Shown piece after piece: positions 9,504 through 19,424 of a stretch of 64,000 nucleotides of DNA; within the stretch, counting starts at the first letter, position 1; the number at the start of each line of letters is the position of its first letter. Where the stretch lies: assembly GCA_050952625.1 (NCBI GenBank), contig JBMNLH010000001.1, forward strand, positions 672,001 through 736,000. The letters run 5' to 3'. A model generated the notes under the pieces. That model was not told where the DNA came from. It saw nothing but the letters and a program-made list of their open reading frames with translations, and made no database searches. Position numbers and translations under genes: made by a program. Origin of the DNA: Bacillota bacterium. Its GTDB lineage: Bacteria > Bacillota > Ch66 > Ch109.

Positions 9504-10496
9504 GTGTATATGGTTTACTCTTCTCCGCGTATCCGACAGCGTCGAGCGGCTCTCCGCCGGAGAAAACAGCGGATATTGCTCTCGCTTGTTGTATTGGCGT
9601 GTACGGCATTTCTGATTTGGGGGGCTATTGGGTGGGGCCGGTCATTCTTAATTAAGAAGTCGGTCAAAACAACGGTAGTAAGTACCGGTCTTTTACAACA
9701 GACAGTCCCAGTTGATGCAATTGTCCTTACCGCAGAGGAATTAGTAATTGCTAATGTTAGTGGGTTGTTTCACCCAGTTGCTGTTGAGGGGCAACGGATC
9801 CGGAAGGGTGAAATAATAGGCAAGTTGGTTAGTTCTGAAATGGCTATGTCAAGAACGGAAACAGTAGTGGTTGCCCCATGTACCGGGTTGGTCAGTTTTC
9901 AACTTGATGGATTAGAAGGTTTTCTGACGCGAGAAAAGTGGGAACAGCTTGATCTTGGCCAACTAGTTGAGTCAAAAGGGAAGCATTCAGTCCAGCAAGG
10001 CAATTGGATTGAAGCCGGAAAACCTTTGGCCCGGATAGTAGACAATTTGGCCAACACTAATCTAGGGCTAGAATTACTCGTTCAAGATTTACCGCTCGAA
10101 TTGAAAGATGACCAGATTAAAGCCGGAGATACCCTTAGGCTTAAGTTGCTCGATGTTGAGGAGAATAAGGTTAAAGTTGTTTCGGTTCAGCGAGATGCCA
10201 GTCGGATCAGAATAATCGTCGAATTGCCGAAATTTAGGGAAGATATGCTTTATCACCGGCAGGTTCCAGTAGAACTGATTACCCAGTGCTGGACCGGTTT
10301 TGTTCTCCCCCGGGAGGTACTTGTATTTCAGCAAGAGGGTCCGGGTGTCTATATTCTGCGTAAGGGTTGGACCAGATGGAAGAGCGTCGAGGTTGTCGGG
10401 GAATTGAACAATGAAGTAGTCCTAACCGGTCTTAATGAAGGAGAAATAGTAGTCTTAAATCCTTCTCTGGTTAGGGAAGGGTTGCGGTTGCACTAG
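9504..10496 (+). CDS. HlyD/efflux adaptor-like membrane-anchored protein
   Basis: Basic N-terminus plus one TM helix, EGQRIRKGE and APCTGLVSFQLDG hybrid-barrel motifs; usual position before yggS in Clostridia. Confidence 0.7.
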   Translation: MYMVYSSPRIRQRRAALRRRKQRILLSLVVLACTAFLIWGAIGWGRSFLIKKSVKTTVVSTGLLQQTVPVDAIVLTAEELVIANVSGLFHPVAVEGQRIRKGEIIGKLVSSEMAMSRTETVVVAPCTGLVSFQLDGLEGFLTREKWEQLDLGQLVESKGKHSVQQGNWIEAGKPLARIVDNLANTNLGLELLVQDLPLELKDDQIKAGDTLRLKLLDVEENKVKVVSVQRDASRIRIIVELPKFREDMLYHRQVPVELITQCWTGFVLPREVLVFQQEGPGVYILRKGWTRWKSVEVVGELNNEVVLTGLNEGEIVVLNPSLVREGLRLH

Positions 10497-10509
10497 ATTA
10501 TTTAGCTAG

Positions 10510-10574
10510 CTGCTGCCCGGTGCCGACAAGTTCATTTCTGTTTTATCTTGCAGAACGAGTTAGCACACAAGCGT
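10510..10574 (+). repeat. Decayed right-arm copy of family C
   Basis: CTGCCCG..GTTCATTTCTG..TGCAGAACGAGTTAGCACACAAGCGT versus CTGCCCG..GTTCGTTCCCG..TGCTGACCGAGTTAAAACACGCGCGT at 4374-4436, with nearly identical spacing. Confidence 0.5.
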
Positions 10575-10617
10575 TAATAAGTGTTTAATAATCATTTAGA
10601 GCATATAGGAAAATGCT

Positions 10618-11331
10618 ATGTTTGATATTGCTGAACGGATAGCCCTGATCAGGGAAAAAATCGACCAAGCCGCCGAAAGATCGGGCCGTGATCCAAAACA
10701 GATTAAGATTGTCGCAGTTTCCAAATTTGTTGACCCCGAACGAATCCAGGAGGCACTTGGTGCCGGCATCACTACTTTCGGGGAAAACCGGGTTCAAGAA
10801 TTCTTAACTAAATACCCGGTCATAAAGGGACCGGTTCAATGGCATATGGTTGGTTCCTTGCAAACTAATAAAGTAAAGCAAGTGATCGGTAAGGTTCAAC
10901 TAATTCACTCGCTTGACCGTCGTTCTTTGGCGGAAGAGCTGTCCCGTCAAGCTAGGCTTACCGGCAGTGAGGCAACGGTTCTAGTCCAGGTCAATGTTTC
11001 AAGGGAGATTTCTAAAAAGGGTTTGGCCCCAGAAGAAGTGATTCCTTTTCTTAAGTGGCTTAGCACAATTGGGGGAGTAGAAGTTAAAGGGCTAATGACC
11101 ATTGGTCCTTTAGGTGAACCAGAGAAAGCTAGACCAGTCTTTCGGCAGTTACGTGAGCTTTTTGAACGAATAGCAGATTTAGAATTACCTATGGTAGAGA
11201 TGAAATATTTATCGATGGGTATGACGAATGACTATGAGATAGCGATCGAAGAAGGAGCTAATTTGGTTCGGATAGGGACTGGGATTTTTGGCAGACGTGA
11301 AACAGCTCAGAGGAGGCGAGACCATGGCTAA
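10618..11331 (+). CDS. yggS: PLP homeostasis protein (YggS/YlmE)
   Basis: VAVSK, FGENRVQE, LQTNKVK, LSMGMTND, VRIGTGIFG. Confidence 0.96.
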   Translation: MFDIAERIALIREKIDQAAERSGRDPKQIKIVAVSKFVDPERIQEALGAGITTFGENRVQEFLTKYPVIKGPVQWHMVGSLQTNKVKQVIGKVQLIHSLDRRSLAEELSRQARLTGSEATVLVQVNVSREISKKGLAPEEVIPFLKWLSTIGGVEVKGLMTIGPLGEPEKARPVFRQLRELFERIADLELPMVEMKYLSMGMTNDYEIAIEEGANLVRIGTGIFGRRETAQRRRDHG

Positions 11332-11788
11332 GATAGTTGATCGTTTAATGGACTTTTTGTGTGTTGGCGATACTTACGAGGACGAAAGGCCAACGGGAGA
11401 TCAATATCATACCGAACGCGAACCTAAAATTGAAGAACCCAGTTCACTCAGGAAAGGAAATGTTCTAAGCCTGCATGCACCTAAACAACTCAGGGTAGTA
11501 GTTACTGAACCGATTAGCTTTGATGAATCTCAGGCTTTAGCGGAACACCTTAAATCGCGGCGACAGGTAGTATTAAACTTGGAGAATACAGATAAAGATG
11601 TTGCCCAACGGATCATCGATTTTATCAGTGGGGCCTGCTATGCTTTGGATGGACATGTTCAGAAGATTGGCGACGGTGTTTTTCTATTTGCCCCACATAA
11701 TGTTGATATAACCAGTGAAGTGAAACAACAAAATTCAAACCAATCACCCTTGCCTTGGCTGGGGCTAGGCCGCGAGAAACGAGGCTAG
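11324..11788 (+). CDS. sepF: Cell division protein SepF
   Basis: AQRIIDFISGACYALDG; ATG at 11324 follows AGGAGG. Confidence 0.95.
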   Translation: MAKIVDRLMDFLCVGDTYEDERPTGDQYHTEREPKIEEPSSLRKGNVLSLHAPKQLRVVVTEPISFDESQALAEHLKSRRQVVLNLENTDKDVAQRIIDFISGACYALDGHVQKIGDGVFLFAPHNVDITSEVKQQNSNQSPLPWLGLGREKRG

Positions 11789-11874
11789 AACTGGCGAAAT
11801 CATGCGGCTAGTAAGAGAAATTTTACTTTGACAATCGTGTTTTAAATCTAATTCCACCTAAGGGGGGAAGCCTA

Positions 11875-12690
11875 GTGCAGGGTATGGTACTCAGAATTGG
11901 GTTTATCGGGGCCGGGGCAATGGCAGAAGCCCTGATACGCGGACTAATTAAGGCTGGTACTAACCCAGAAGACCTGATCGCTAGTGATATCCAGCCAGAA
12001 CGGCTTAATATAATGCATAAAACATACGGGATTAGAGTGTCCGATAAGAATCTGGCTGTTTTTCAACAATCTGATGTAGTAGTATTAGCGGTTAAGCCGC
12101 AACATTTAGACCCAGTACTGCAAGAATTAATGCCTCATGATCTTGGCTCCAAGCCAATGGTCATATCCATTGCGGCCGGCATCCCATTGAGTTTCTTGGA
12201 GGACCGGCTACCGCCCACGATTCCGGTGATTCGGGCGATGCCTAACACACCGGGAATGATTGGTTATGGTGCAACAGCCATTTCTCTAGGGAATCAGGCA
12301 CGGCCGGAACACGAAGCCCAGGCTCGTTCCATTTTTGAGGCCATTGGCATCGTGTTTACCGTCCCAGAGGCTCAGATGGACGCCGTTACCGGTTTAAGCG
12401 GCAGTGGACCAGCGTATGGCTATGTAATTATTGAAGCTCTAGCTGATGCCGGGGTTAAAGCCGGTTTGCCTCGACCGATTGCGATGGGCTTAGCAGCGCA
12501 GACTGTTGCCGGAGCAGCCCATATGATCCAAGAGACCGGCTTGCATCCCGGAGTCTTAAAGGATCAGGTAACATCTCCCGGCGGTACGACTATTGCCGGC
12601 CTACATGCTTTAGAGCTCGGCTGCCTCCGCGGCACTCTGATCAACGCAGTGATGGCTGCAACCGCTCGTTCGCAAGAGTTGCGCCGTTAA
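11875..12690 (+). CDS. proC: Pyrroline-5-carboxylate reductase
   Basis: GFIGAGAM, RAMPNTP, GLSGSGPAY, VTSPGGTT. Confidence 0.97.
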   Translation: MQGMVLRIGFIGAGAMAEALIRGLIKAGTNPEDLIASDIQPERLNIMHKTYGIRVSDKNLAVFQQSDVVVLAVKPQHLDPVLQELMPHDLGSKPMVISIAAGIPLSFLEDRLPPTIPVIRAMPNTPGMIGYGATAISLGNQARPEHEAQARSIFEAIGIVFTVPEAQMDAVTGLSGSGPAYGYVIIEALADAGVKAGLPRPIAMGLAAQTVAGAAHMIQETGLHPGVLKDQVTSPGGTTIAGLHALELGCLRGTLINAVMAATARSQELRR

Positions 12691-12820
12691 ATAAAGATAG
12701 TTTAGTTGGTGAGTCATATCGTTGACAGAGAACAGAGCCGCTGTTGCTACTGTTGATTATTATATTATTTTTTATTATTTTGTAATATATCTATTTTATT
12801 AATCATCTAAGGGAGGAAGT

Positions 12821-13081
12821 ATGGGGTTAATTAGTCTGGTAGATTTATTATTTGACTTATTAAGTTGGTTGATTATTGGCCGGTGTATTCTCTCGTTCGT
12901 TCAACATGACCCTTATCATCCAGTAATTCAATGGGTTTATCGGATTACTGATCCAGTTTTAAAACCTTTTCGTCAACTAATCCCGGCGACTAGTGGGATT
13001 GATTTTTCACCACTGGTGGCTTTGTTGGTTATAATGGTGGTTAATAGTTTGGTCGTCCGAATACTGTTGATTATTATCTAA
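12821..13081 (+). CDS. YggT/YlmG family membrane protein
   Basis: ITDPVLKPFR, IDFSP. Confidence 0.93.
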   Translation: MGLISLVDLLFDLLSWLIIGRCILSFVQHDPYHPVIQWVYRITDPVLKPFRQLIPATSGIDFSPLVALLVIMVVNSLVVRILLIII

Positions 13082-13253
13082 AATCATTTCCCAAACCTTA
13101 ATTCTTTGGAAATGACTATGCCTGCTGCGTATAACCACGGATGAAAATAACCCAAATGACAACAGATTGGGTTATTATCCTAAATAACAGCTTATGTTTA
13201 ATCAGAGAAGGACATATCCAGGATCAAGGTTCGGGATAGACAGGGGTTATAAA

Positions 13254-15259
13254 TTGAAAAACAATGCAACAAGCAGTTTGAGTCAGCATTATCCAAAAAT
13301 GATCAAGCCTGAGGTGCTGGCTCCGGCTGGCCGGTGGGAGGCTCTGGAAGCAGTTGTCGCGGCCGGGGCCGATGCTGTTTACCTAGGCGGGAAAAAATTA
13401 AATATGCGGATGTGGCGGTCAGAGTTTAACTTTTCAGATGAGGAATTACGGCAAGCGGTTGAGTATACTCATCAACGAGGAGTTAAGCTTTACGTTACCC
13501 TGAACAATCTCTACTATGAAGAAGATGTGCCTGAATTACAGTCCTATCTGCAGTTTTTAGAAGAGATTAAGGTTGATGCCTTAATCGTGCAGGACCTGGC
13601 AGTGGTCGCTCTGGCCCAAAGAATTGGTCTAACTCGTCCGCTCCATGCCAGTGTTCAGGTGAATATTCATAATCTCCAGACTCTGCAGGCTTTTCAAGAA
13701 ATGGGTTTTTCCCGGGCGATTGTCTCCAAGGATTTAAGTCTAGAAGAGGTTTATTATCTGGGTCAGGCGACCGGGATGGAACTGGAGTATTTTGTCCACG
13801 GAGATCTCTGTATCGCCCACACCGGTCAGTGTCTGACCAGTGCCTTAGTTTTTGGGGAGAGCAGCAATCGAGGCCGCTGCTTAAAGCCGTGTCGTTGGCG
13901 TTATCGGGTAGTCCAAACTAAAGATGGCTCACCCATCGAATGGTCAGTGCCGGGCCCCCATGTCTTGGCCAGTAATGATTTGTGCCTTTATCCCTATATT
14001 CCGCAATTGATTCAAGCCGGGATAATCTCCTTTAAAATAGAAGGCAGGATGCGGGAGGGGAGTTTTCTCAAACCCTTGGTGCAAGCTTATCGAGAGGCGG
14101 TGGATCGTTACTGGGAGGACCCTCAGGCATACCGACTGGACCAAACCGTCTGGAATAGTCTGGTTGACCAGCGGGTGCGTGATTATACTACCGGGCAGGC
14201 TTTTGGCTTAGCGAGACCAGCTAGTATTGGTTTTTCCGGCGAGCGAGAGCCTCATTTTCCGACTCGACGCCATTACGCTCCCGACTTTAACGGAGGTTGA
14301 GCTGCGCGAGAGACCCAATGACCTTGGGGTTGACAAGGAACCAGAAAAAAGGCCCGTTACTCTACCCGAACTATCAGTCCGGGTTGGTTCACTAGCTGCC
14401 TTACGTGCAGCGTTGGCTGCCGGCTCCCGGACCGTATATGTGGGAGGAGAAGTTGCCGGTTTAAATGCTCCGGTCTGGGGTCACCGAGAAGTGCGGGAAG
14501 CACTTAGGGAAGCGCACTCAGCCAAAGCCAAGCTGGTAGTGCTGACGCCTAAAATAACTAAACGAACGGAAATGCAGGAATTGGCTCGATGGTTTAAAGA
14601 ACTTGATCAACTCCAAGTAGATGGGGTAATGGTGGGTAACTGGGGAACCGGGCGGTTAGTCAGGGAGCTAACTGATCTGCCGGTATATGGTGATACCTCA
14701 CTAAACCTAACAAACAGCTTAGCCACTGATTTAGCCTTAAAAATAGGAATACGCCAAGGAACGGTTTCTTTAGAACTGTCTGCTGATTCATTGCAGAGGA
14801 TTATGGAAAATACGCATTTGCCCTTGGAAGTAGTAAGTCATGGCCATTTAACCGCCATGATTCTGGAACGCTGTTTGCCCAGGGTCTTAAAGGGGACGAT
14901 CGGCCAGCCAGAGATTTGTCCAAGGCCTTGTGCTGAGACGGAGCTTAGCCCTAATGGATGAATGCGGCCAAAAGTATCAGGTTAGGGTTGACCAGTTCTG
15001 CCGGACCCATCTGCAGTTTCCCTACCAATTGTGTTTACTGCCTATTTTGCCCTGGCTGCTGCAATTACGACCATGCAGTCTCCGGATTGAGGGTCAGCAT
15101 TACGAGGGACCGGCTTTAGCCAGAGTGGTTCAGCTATACCGTAAATATCTGGAATTGGCCTTAAGCCAGCCGGAGCTGTATACTGTTTCTCTGGAGGACT
15201 GGAAAGACCTGCAGAAGCTAAATCCCGATGGATATACCATGGGTGCTTTAGGAGTATAG
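13254..15259 (+). CDS. Two-domain U32 peptidase-family Fe-S protein, split by two +1 frameshifts
   Basis: EVLAPAG, GADAVYLG, HGDLC..GQC..RGRCLKPCR, SFKIEGRMR; a second U32-like domain (VYVGGE, SLEL, RC..C..C, SLRIEG) continues over ORFs 14227-14961 and 14930-15259; start could also be 13299. Confidence 0.85.
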
Positions 15260-15309
15260 AGAATGAAGGGTCAGCGATTGGCGAATTATATTATCAGAGT
15301 AGCAGAGGA

Positions 15310-15792
15310 GTGGCCTTGATGTTAACTCCAGTGGATATCAATAAGAAAGAATTTCGGCGAGCCATGCGCGGTTACAATGAAAGCGAAGTGGATAGTTTTC
15401 TGGACCAGGTTGCCCGTGATTATGAAACCCTTTTGCGAGATAAAATAGAGGTAGAGGAAAAACTGCAGCGGCGGGAAGACCAGCTTCTCCAGTACCGTAA
15501 CCTGGAGGAGACCCTTAATAATACTCTGGTCATGGCCCAAAAAACAGCAGAGGAAGTAAAGCAAAATGCAACCAGGGAAGCCCAGTTGCTGCTGCGAGAA
15601 GCGCAGGCAGAGGCAGAAGAGATAATTCATCAAGCGATGCTGAAGAAGGAAACCCTGGAAAATGAACAGGCGGAACTGATTCAGTCTCTAGTGGGATTCA
15701 AATCGCAGATTCGCGCCTTTCTTAAAGCCCAGTTAGATATGATTGAAAAGCTCCCGTTAGGAGATAAAGCAGGTGAGCACGAGGATAACTAG
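15310..15792 (+). CDS. divIVA: DivIVA family cell division protein
   Basis: LTPVDINKKEF..RGY..EVDSFL followed by coiled coil. Confidence 0.95.
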   Translation: MALMLTPVDINKKEFRRAMRGYNESEVDSFLDQVARDYETLLRDKIEVEEKLQRREDQLLQYRNLEETLNNTLVMAQKTAEEVKQNATREAQLLLREAQAEAEEIIHQAMLKKETLENEQAELIQSLVGFKSQIRAFLKAQLDMIEKLPLGDKAGEHEDN

Positions 15793-15990
15793 GCCATGCC
15801 TTAATAATTATAATGAGCAGCTTGTGGTTGCTGTTTCATAATCAGATAGTATAAGTAGTCTTTCTGATTATAAGTAGGTGCGGCGAAGGCTTCCGCCTGC
15901 GCCAAAGGCTTGGCGTAAGCCAAGTTTTCTTTATCTAGCTTTGGACTAATCGTTTAAGTGCTAAAGATTAAGGTGAAGCGAGGGTTCTTC

Positions 15991-16278
15991 GTGAATCGGA
16001 TCAAGGAAATAGTCAATGGGGTTCAGATAAAGGTGCGGGTTCAGCCTCGAGCTGCCAAAAACCAAATCGTTGGCTGGATGGGAGATTCCCTTAAGGTTCG
16101 TCTGACCGCCCCACCGGTGGAGGGAGAAGCGAATGCCGCCCTGGTTCGCTTCTTAGCTGAATATTTTAACCTATCCCGCCAGAATGTTAGCCTAGTGACC
16201 GGGACAACTTCCCGGCAAAAAGTAGTTCAACTTAAAGGAATCTCGGCGGACCAGGTTAACCAGCGGGTGAATTCTTGA
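15991..16278 (+). CDS. DUF167 (YggU) family protein
   Basis: VRVQPRA, APPVEGEAN, G.TSRQK; GTG start follows GAGGG. Confidence 0.9.
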   Translation: MNRIKEIVNGVQIKVRVQPRAAKNQIVGWMGDSLKVRLTAPPVEGEANAALVRFLAEYFNLSRQNVSLVTGTTSRQKVVQLKGISADQVNQRVNS

Positions 16279-16304
16279 CACTCAGCCGAAATTTGCCTTA
16301 TAAT
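16275..16304 (+). promoter_or_regulatory. SigmaA promoter upstream of ileS
   Basis: TTGACA-N18-TATAAT. Confidence 0.75.
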
Positions 16305-16326
16305 AAAATGAATTTAAGGGAGAGAT

Positions 16327-16365
16327 AACCTCCCATCGGTGCCAGGTGCGGATGGGAGGTTTTTT
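16327..16365 (+). terminator. Intrinsic terminator inside the ileS leader
   Basis: AACCTCCCATC-N13-GATGGGAGGTT followed by T-tract. Confidence 0.85.
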
Positions 16366-16419
16366 ACATGATACTAAGACTTGACAAGATCCGGTTACTG
16401 AACCAGAAGAGGTGAAAAA

Positions 16420-19239
16420 ATGGATTATGACAAAACGTTAAACTTACCCCGAACTGATTTTCCCATGCGGGCAAACCTGCCCAAGCGGGAACCGGAAATG
16501 CTGCGATTCTGGGCTGAAATCAACCTGTACGAGCAGGTTCAAGCGGCCAGTAAAGGAAAGCCCCAGTTTATCTTGCACGACGGACCTCCCTACGCTAACG
16601 GGCATATCCACCTGGGAACTGCTTTAAACAAGGTTTTAAAAGATATCGTGATCAAATACCGAACCCACCGCGGATATGACTGTCCTTATGTGCCTGGTTG
16701 GGATACGCACGGTTTACCAATTGAGCAGCAAGCGATTAAAGATTTGGGAATTAACCGGAAGGAAACAGATGTCGCTGAGTTTCGTCGGCATTGTCGTGAC
16801 TATGCCCTGAAGTATGTCGATATTCAACGGGAGGAGTTTAAACGTCTGGGGGTTAGAGGAGATTGGGACAACCCATATCTGACGCTCAATCCTCTATTTG
16901 AGGCCGAACAAATAGGGGCTTTTGGAGAAATGGCCAAAAAGGGTTATATATATAAGGGGCTTAAGCCAGTCTACTGGTGTATTGATTGCGAAACCGCTCT
17001 GGCCGAAGCTGAAATCGAGTATCAGGATAAACGATCACCTTCGATTTATGTCAAGTTCCCGGTAAAAGATGCCCGGGGATTATTTTCTATCGATAATACC
17101 TGGGTAGTTATCTGGACCACCACCCCCTGGACCCTGCCCGCTAATCTGGGGATTGCTGTTCATCCAGAGTATAAGTATGTCCTAGTCCAGGTCGAACAAG
17201 AGAAATATGTGGTTGCGGAAGAATTACTACCTAGGTTTATGACGGAGGCTAACCTTCAGGATTACCAGGTACTGCAGTCTTTCAAAGGAACCGAACTAGA
17301 GAGAATAGTTTGCCGACACCCCTTTATGGACCGGGATTCACTCGTGATTTTAGGGGAACATGTTACCTTAGACCAGGGCACCGGCTGTGTCCACACTGCT
17401 CCCGGTCATGGCCAGGAAGACTTCGCCATTGGCCGCGTTTATGAGCTGGGAGTGATTTCGCCGGTCAACGATCAGGGTAAGTTTACCGAAGAAGGCGGTC
17501 CCTATGCCGGCATGTTTTACGAAAAGGCTAACAAAGCTATCGTGGCTGACCTGATTGAAGCCGGCAATATGGTCCGCCACAGTACGGTTGAACATCAGTA
17601 CCCTTACTGTTGGCGCTGCAAACATCCGGTTATTTTCCGAGCCACGGAACAGTGGTTTGCCTCAATCGATGGATTTCGGGAAGAAACCTTGAAGCAAATT
17701 GATCAGGTTCGCTGGATTCCGGCTTGGGGCCGAGATCGCATTTATAATATGGTGGCGGACCGAGGTGACTGGTGCATTTCACGCCAGCGAACCTGGGGCG
17801 TACCCATTCCTATCTTTTACTGTCAAGGATGTGGCAACACAGTTATTAACGATACCACGATTACTCATCTCCAGGAGATCTTCCGGCGAGAGGGTTCAGA
17901 TGCCTGGTTTATCCGGGAAGCGGCTGAGCTTTTACCAGCCGGTTACCAGTGCCCAGAATGCGGACATTCCGAGTTCCGCAAAGAAAAAGATATCATGGAC
18001 GTGTGGTTTGATTCCGGTACCAGTCATTTTGGGGTCCTCGAACTGCGGCCGGAATTGTCCTGGCCGGCTGATCTTTATTTGGAGGGAAGCGACCAGCATC
18101 GCGGTTGGTTTAACTCCTCGCTGTCTACCTCAGTTGCGGTCCGTGGGCTGGCTCCTTATCGGGCCGTCTTAACCCATGGTTATGTTGTGGATGAAAAGGG
18201 CCGCAAAATGTCCAAATCGTTGGGCAACGTGATCAGCCCATTGGAAGTAATCAAACAGATGGGGGCCGATATCCTGCGACTTTGGGTGTCTTCCTCGGAT
18301 TATAAAAATGATATTGCGGTTTCCCAGAGTATTCTAAAGCAGATGACGGAAGCTTATCGTAAGATCCGTAACACCTGCCGCTATATTCTAGGTAACTTGG
18401 CGGACTTTAATCCCCAGCAGGACCGGGTGCCGGTCGAGCAAATGAGCGAGCTGGACCGCTGGGCCCTGCTTAAATTGCATAAACTGATTCGCCGGGTAAC
18501 TGAAGCTTATGATAATTATGAGTTCCATCTAGTTTACCACAGTGTGCATAACTTCTGTACTGTAGACATGAGTGCTTTTTATCTGGATATCATCAAGGAT
18601 CGCCTGTATACCTCTCAACCCGAGGCCCCAGCCCGACGTGCGGCTCAGACCGTGCTTTACGAGGTGATTCAAGCCCTGGTTCGGTTAATTTCACCGGTGC
18701 TGGCTTTTACCGCGGAGGAGATCTGGCAGCACTTGCCGGCTGAACCGGGTAAAGCAATATCAGTTCAACTGGTGAGTTGGCCCGAGGTAAATGAAGCCTA
18801 TTTGGACCCAGAATTAGAACGACGCTGGGATCGCTTGCTGGATGTACGGGAAGTGGTCTCCAAAGCCCTGGAACTGGCACGACAAGAGAAAAAGATTGGC
18901 CACTCCTTGGGTGCTGCCGTAAGCATTTACCCGGACCGGCAGTTATACGGATTCTTGCTTTCATTTTTACCGGATTTAGCGGATATATTTATAGTGTCTC
19001 AGGTTTCTTTAGCAAAACCGGGTGAAGATATTCCAACCGAAGCCTATGCTTCTGATGAACTACCGGGATTGAGGGTATTGGTAACAACAGCAGCCGGCGA
19101 AAAGTGCGTGCGCTGCTGGAAGTTTAGTGAAGAAACAAGTAAGGATGCTCAGGAGGCGGCCCTCTGCCCTCGGTGTTCCCAGGTTATTTTAGAAATTGGG
19201 CATAAGGCAGATCTGGACTTTAATTCTAGACTCACATGA
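16420..19239 (+). CDS. ileS: Isoleucine--tRNA ligase (type 1)
   Basis: HDGPPYANGHIH, KMSKSLGN, C-terminal CxxC..CxxC zinc finger. Confidence 0.99.
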   Translation: MDYDKTLNLPRTDFPMRANLPKREPEMLRFWAEINLYEQVQAASKGKPQFILHDGPPYANGHIHLGTALNKVLKDIVIKYRTHRGYDCPYVPGWDTHGLPIEQQAIKDLGINRKETDVAEFRRHCRDYALKYVDIQREEFKRLGVRGDWDNPYLTLNPLFEAEQIGAFGEMAKKGYIYKGLKPVYWCIDCETALAEAEIEYQDKRSPSIYVKFPVKDARGLFSIDNTWVVIWTTTPWTLPANLGIAVHPEYKYVLVQVEQEKYVVAEELLPRFMTEANLQDYQVLQSFKGTELERIVCRHPFMDRDSLVILGEHVTLDQGTGCVHTAPGHGQEDFAIGRVYELGVISPVNDQGKFTEEGGPYAGMFYEKANKAIVADLIEAGNMVRHSTVEHQYPYCWRCKHPVIFRATEQWFASIDGFREETLKQIDQVRWIPAWGRDRIYNMVADRGDWCISRQRTWGVPIPIFYCQGCGNTVINDTTITHLQEIFRREGSDAWFIREAAELLPAGYQCPECGHSEFRKEKDIMDVWFDSGTSHFGVLELRPELSWPADLYLEGSDQHRGWFNSSLSTSVAVRGLAPYRAVLTHGYVVDEKGRKMSKSLGNVISPLEVIKQMGADILRLWVSSSDYKNDIAVSQSILKQMTEAYRKIRNTCRYILGNLADFNPQQDRVPVEQMSELDRWALLKLHKLIRRVTEAYDNYEFHLVYHSVHNFCTVDMSAFYLDIIKDRLYTSQPEAPARRAAQTVLYEVIQALVRLISPVLAFTAEEIWQHLPAEPGKAISVQLVSWPEVNEAYLDPELERRWDRLLDVREVVSKALELARQEKKIGHSLGAAVSIYPDRQLYGFLLSFLPDLADIFIVSQVSLAKPGEDIPTEAYASDELPGLRVLVTTAAGEKCVRCWKFSEETSKDAQEAALCPRCSQVILEIGHKADLDFNSRLT

Positions 19240-19342
19240 CAGCGAGGTTATTCTTCACTTCGTTTTTGGAATGACTAAATAATTGAACATGATGAGATGT
19301 TAGCTGGCAGAGGTAGCTAATTCTAACCAGGATTAGCTGCCT

Positions 19343-19412
19343 CTAATGTCCGACATCCAACGTCTAACGCCTAGCGTCTAACGTCTAACGTCTAATGTTT
19401 AATGTCTAGACA
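19343..19412 (+). repeat. Heptamer tandem array (CTAACGT)n, about 10 degenerate units
   Basis: ctaatgt ccgacat ccaacgt ctaacgc ctagcgt ctaacgt ctaacgt ctaatgt ttaatgt ctagaca. Confidence 0.85.
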
Positions 19413-19424
19413 GGGGGTGAGACC

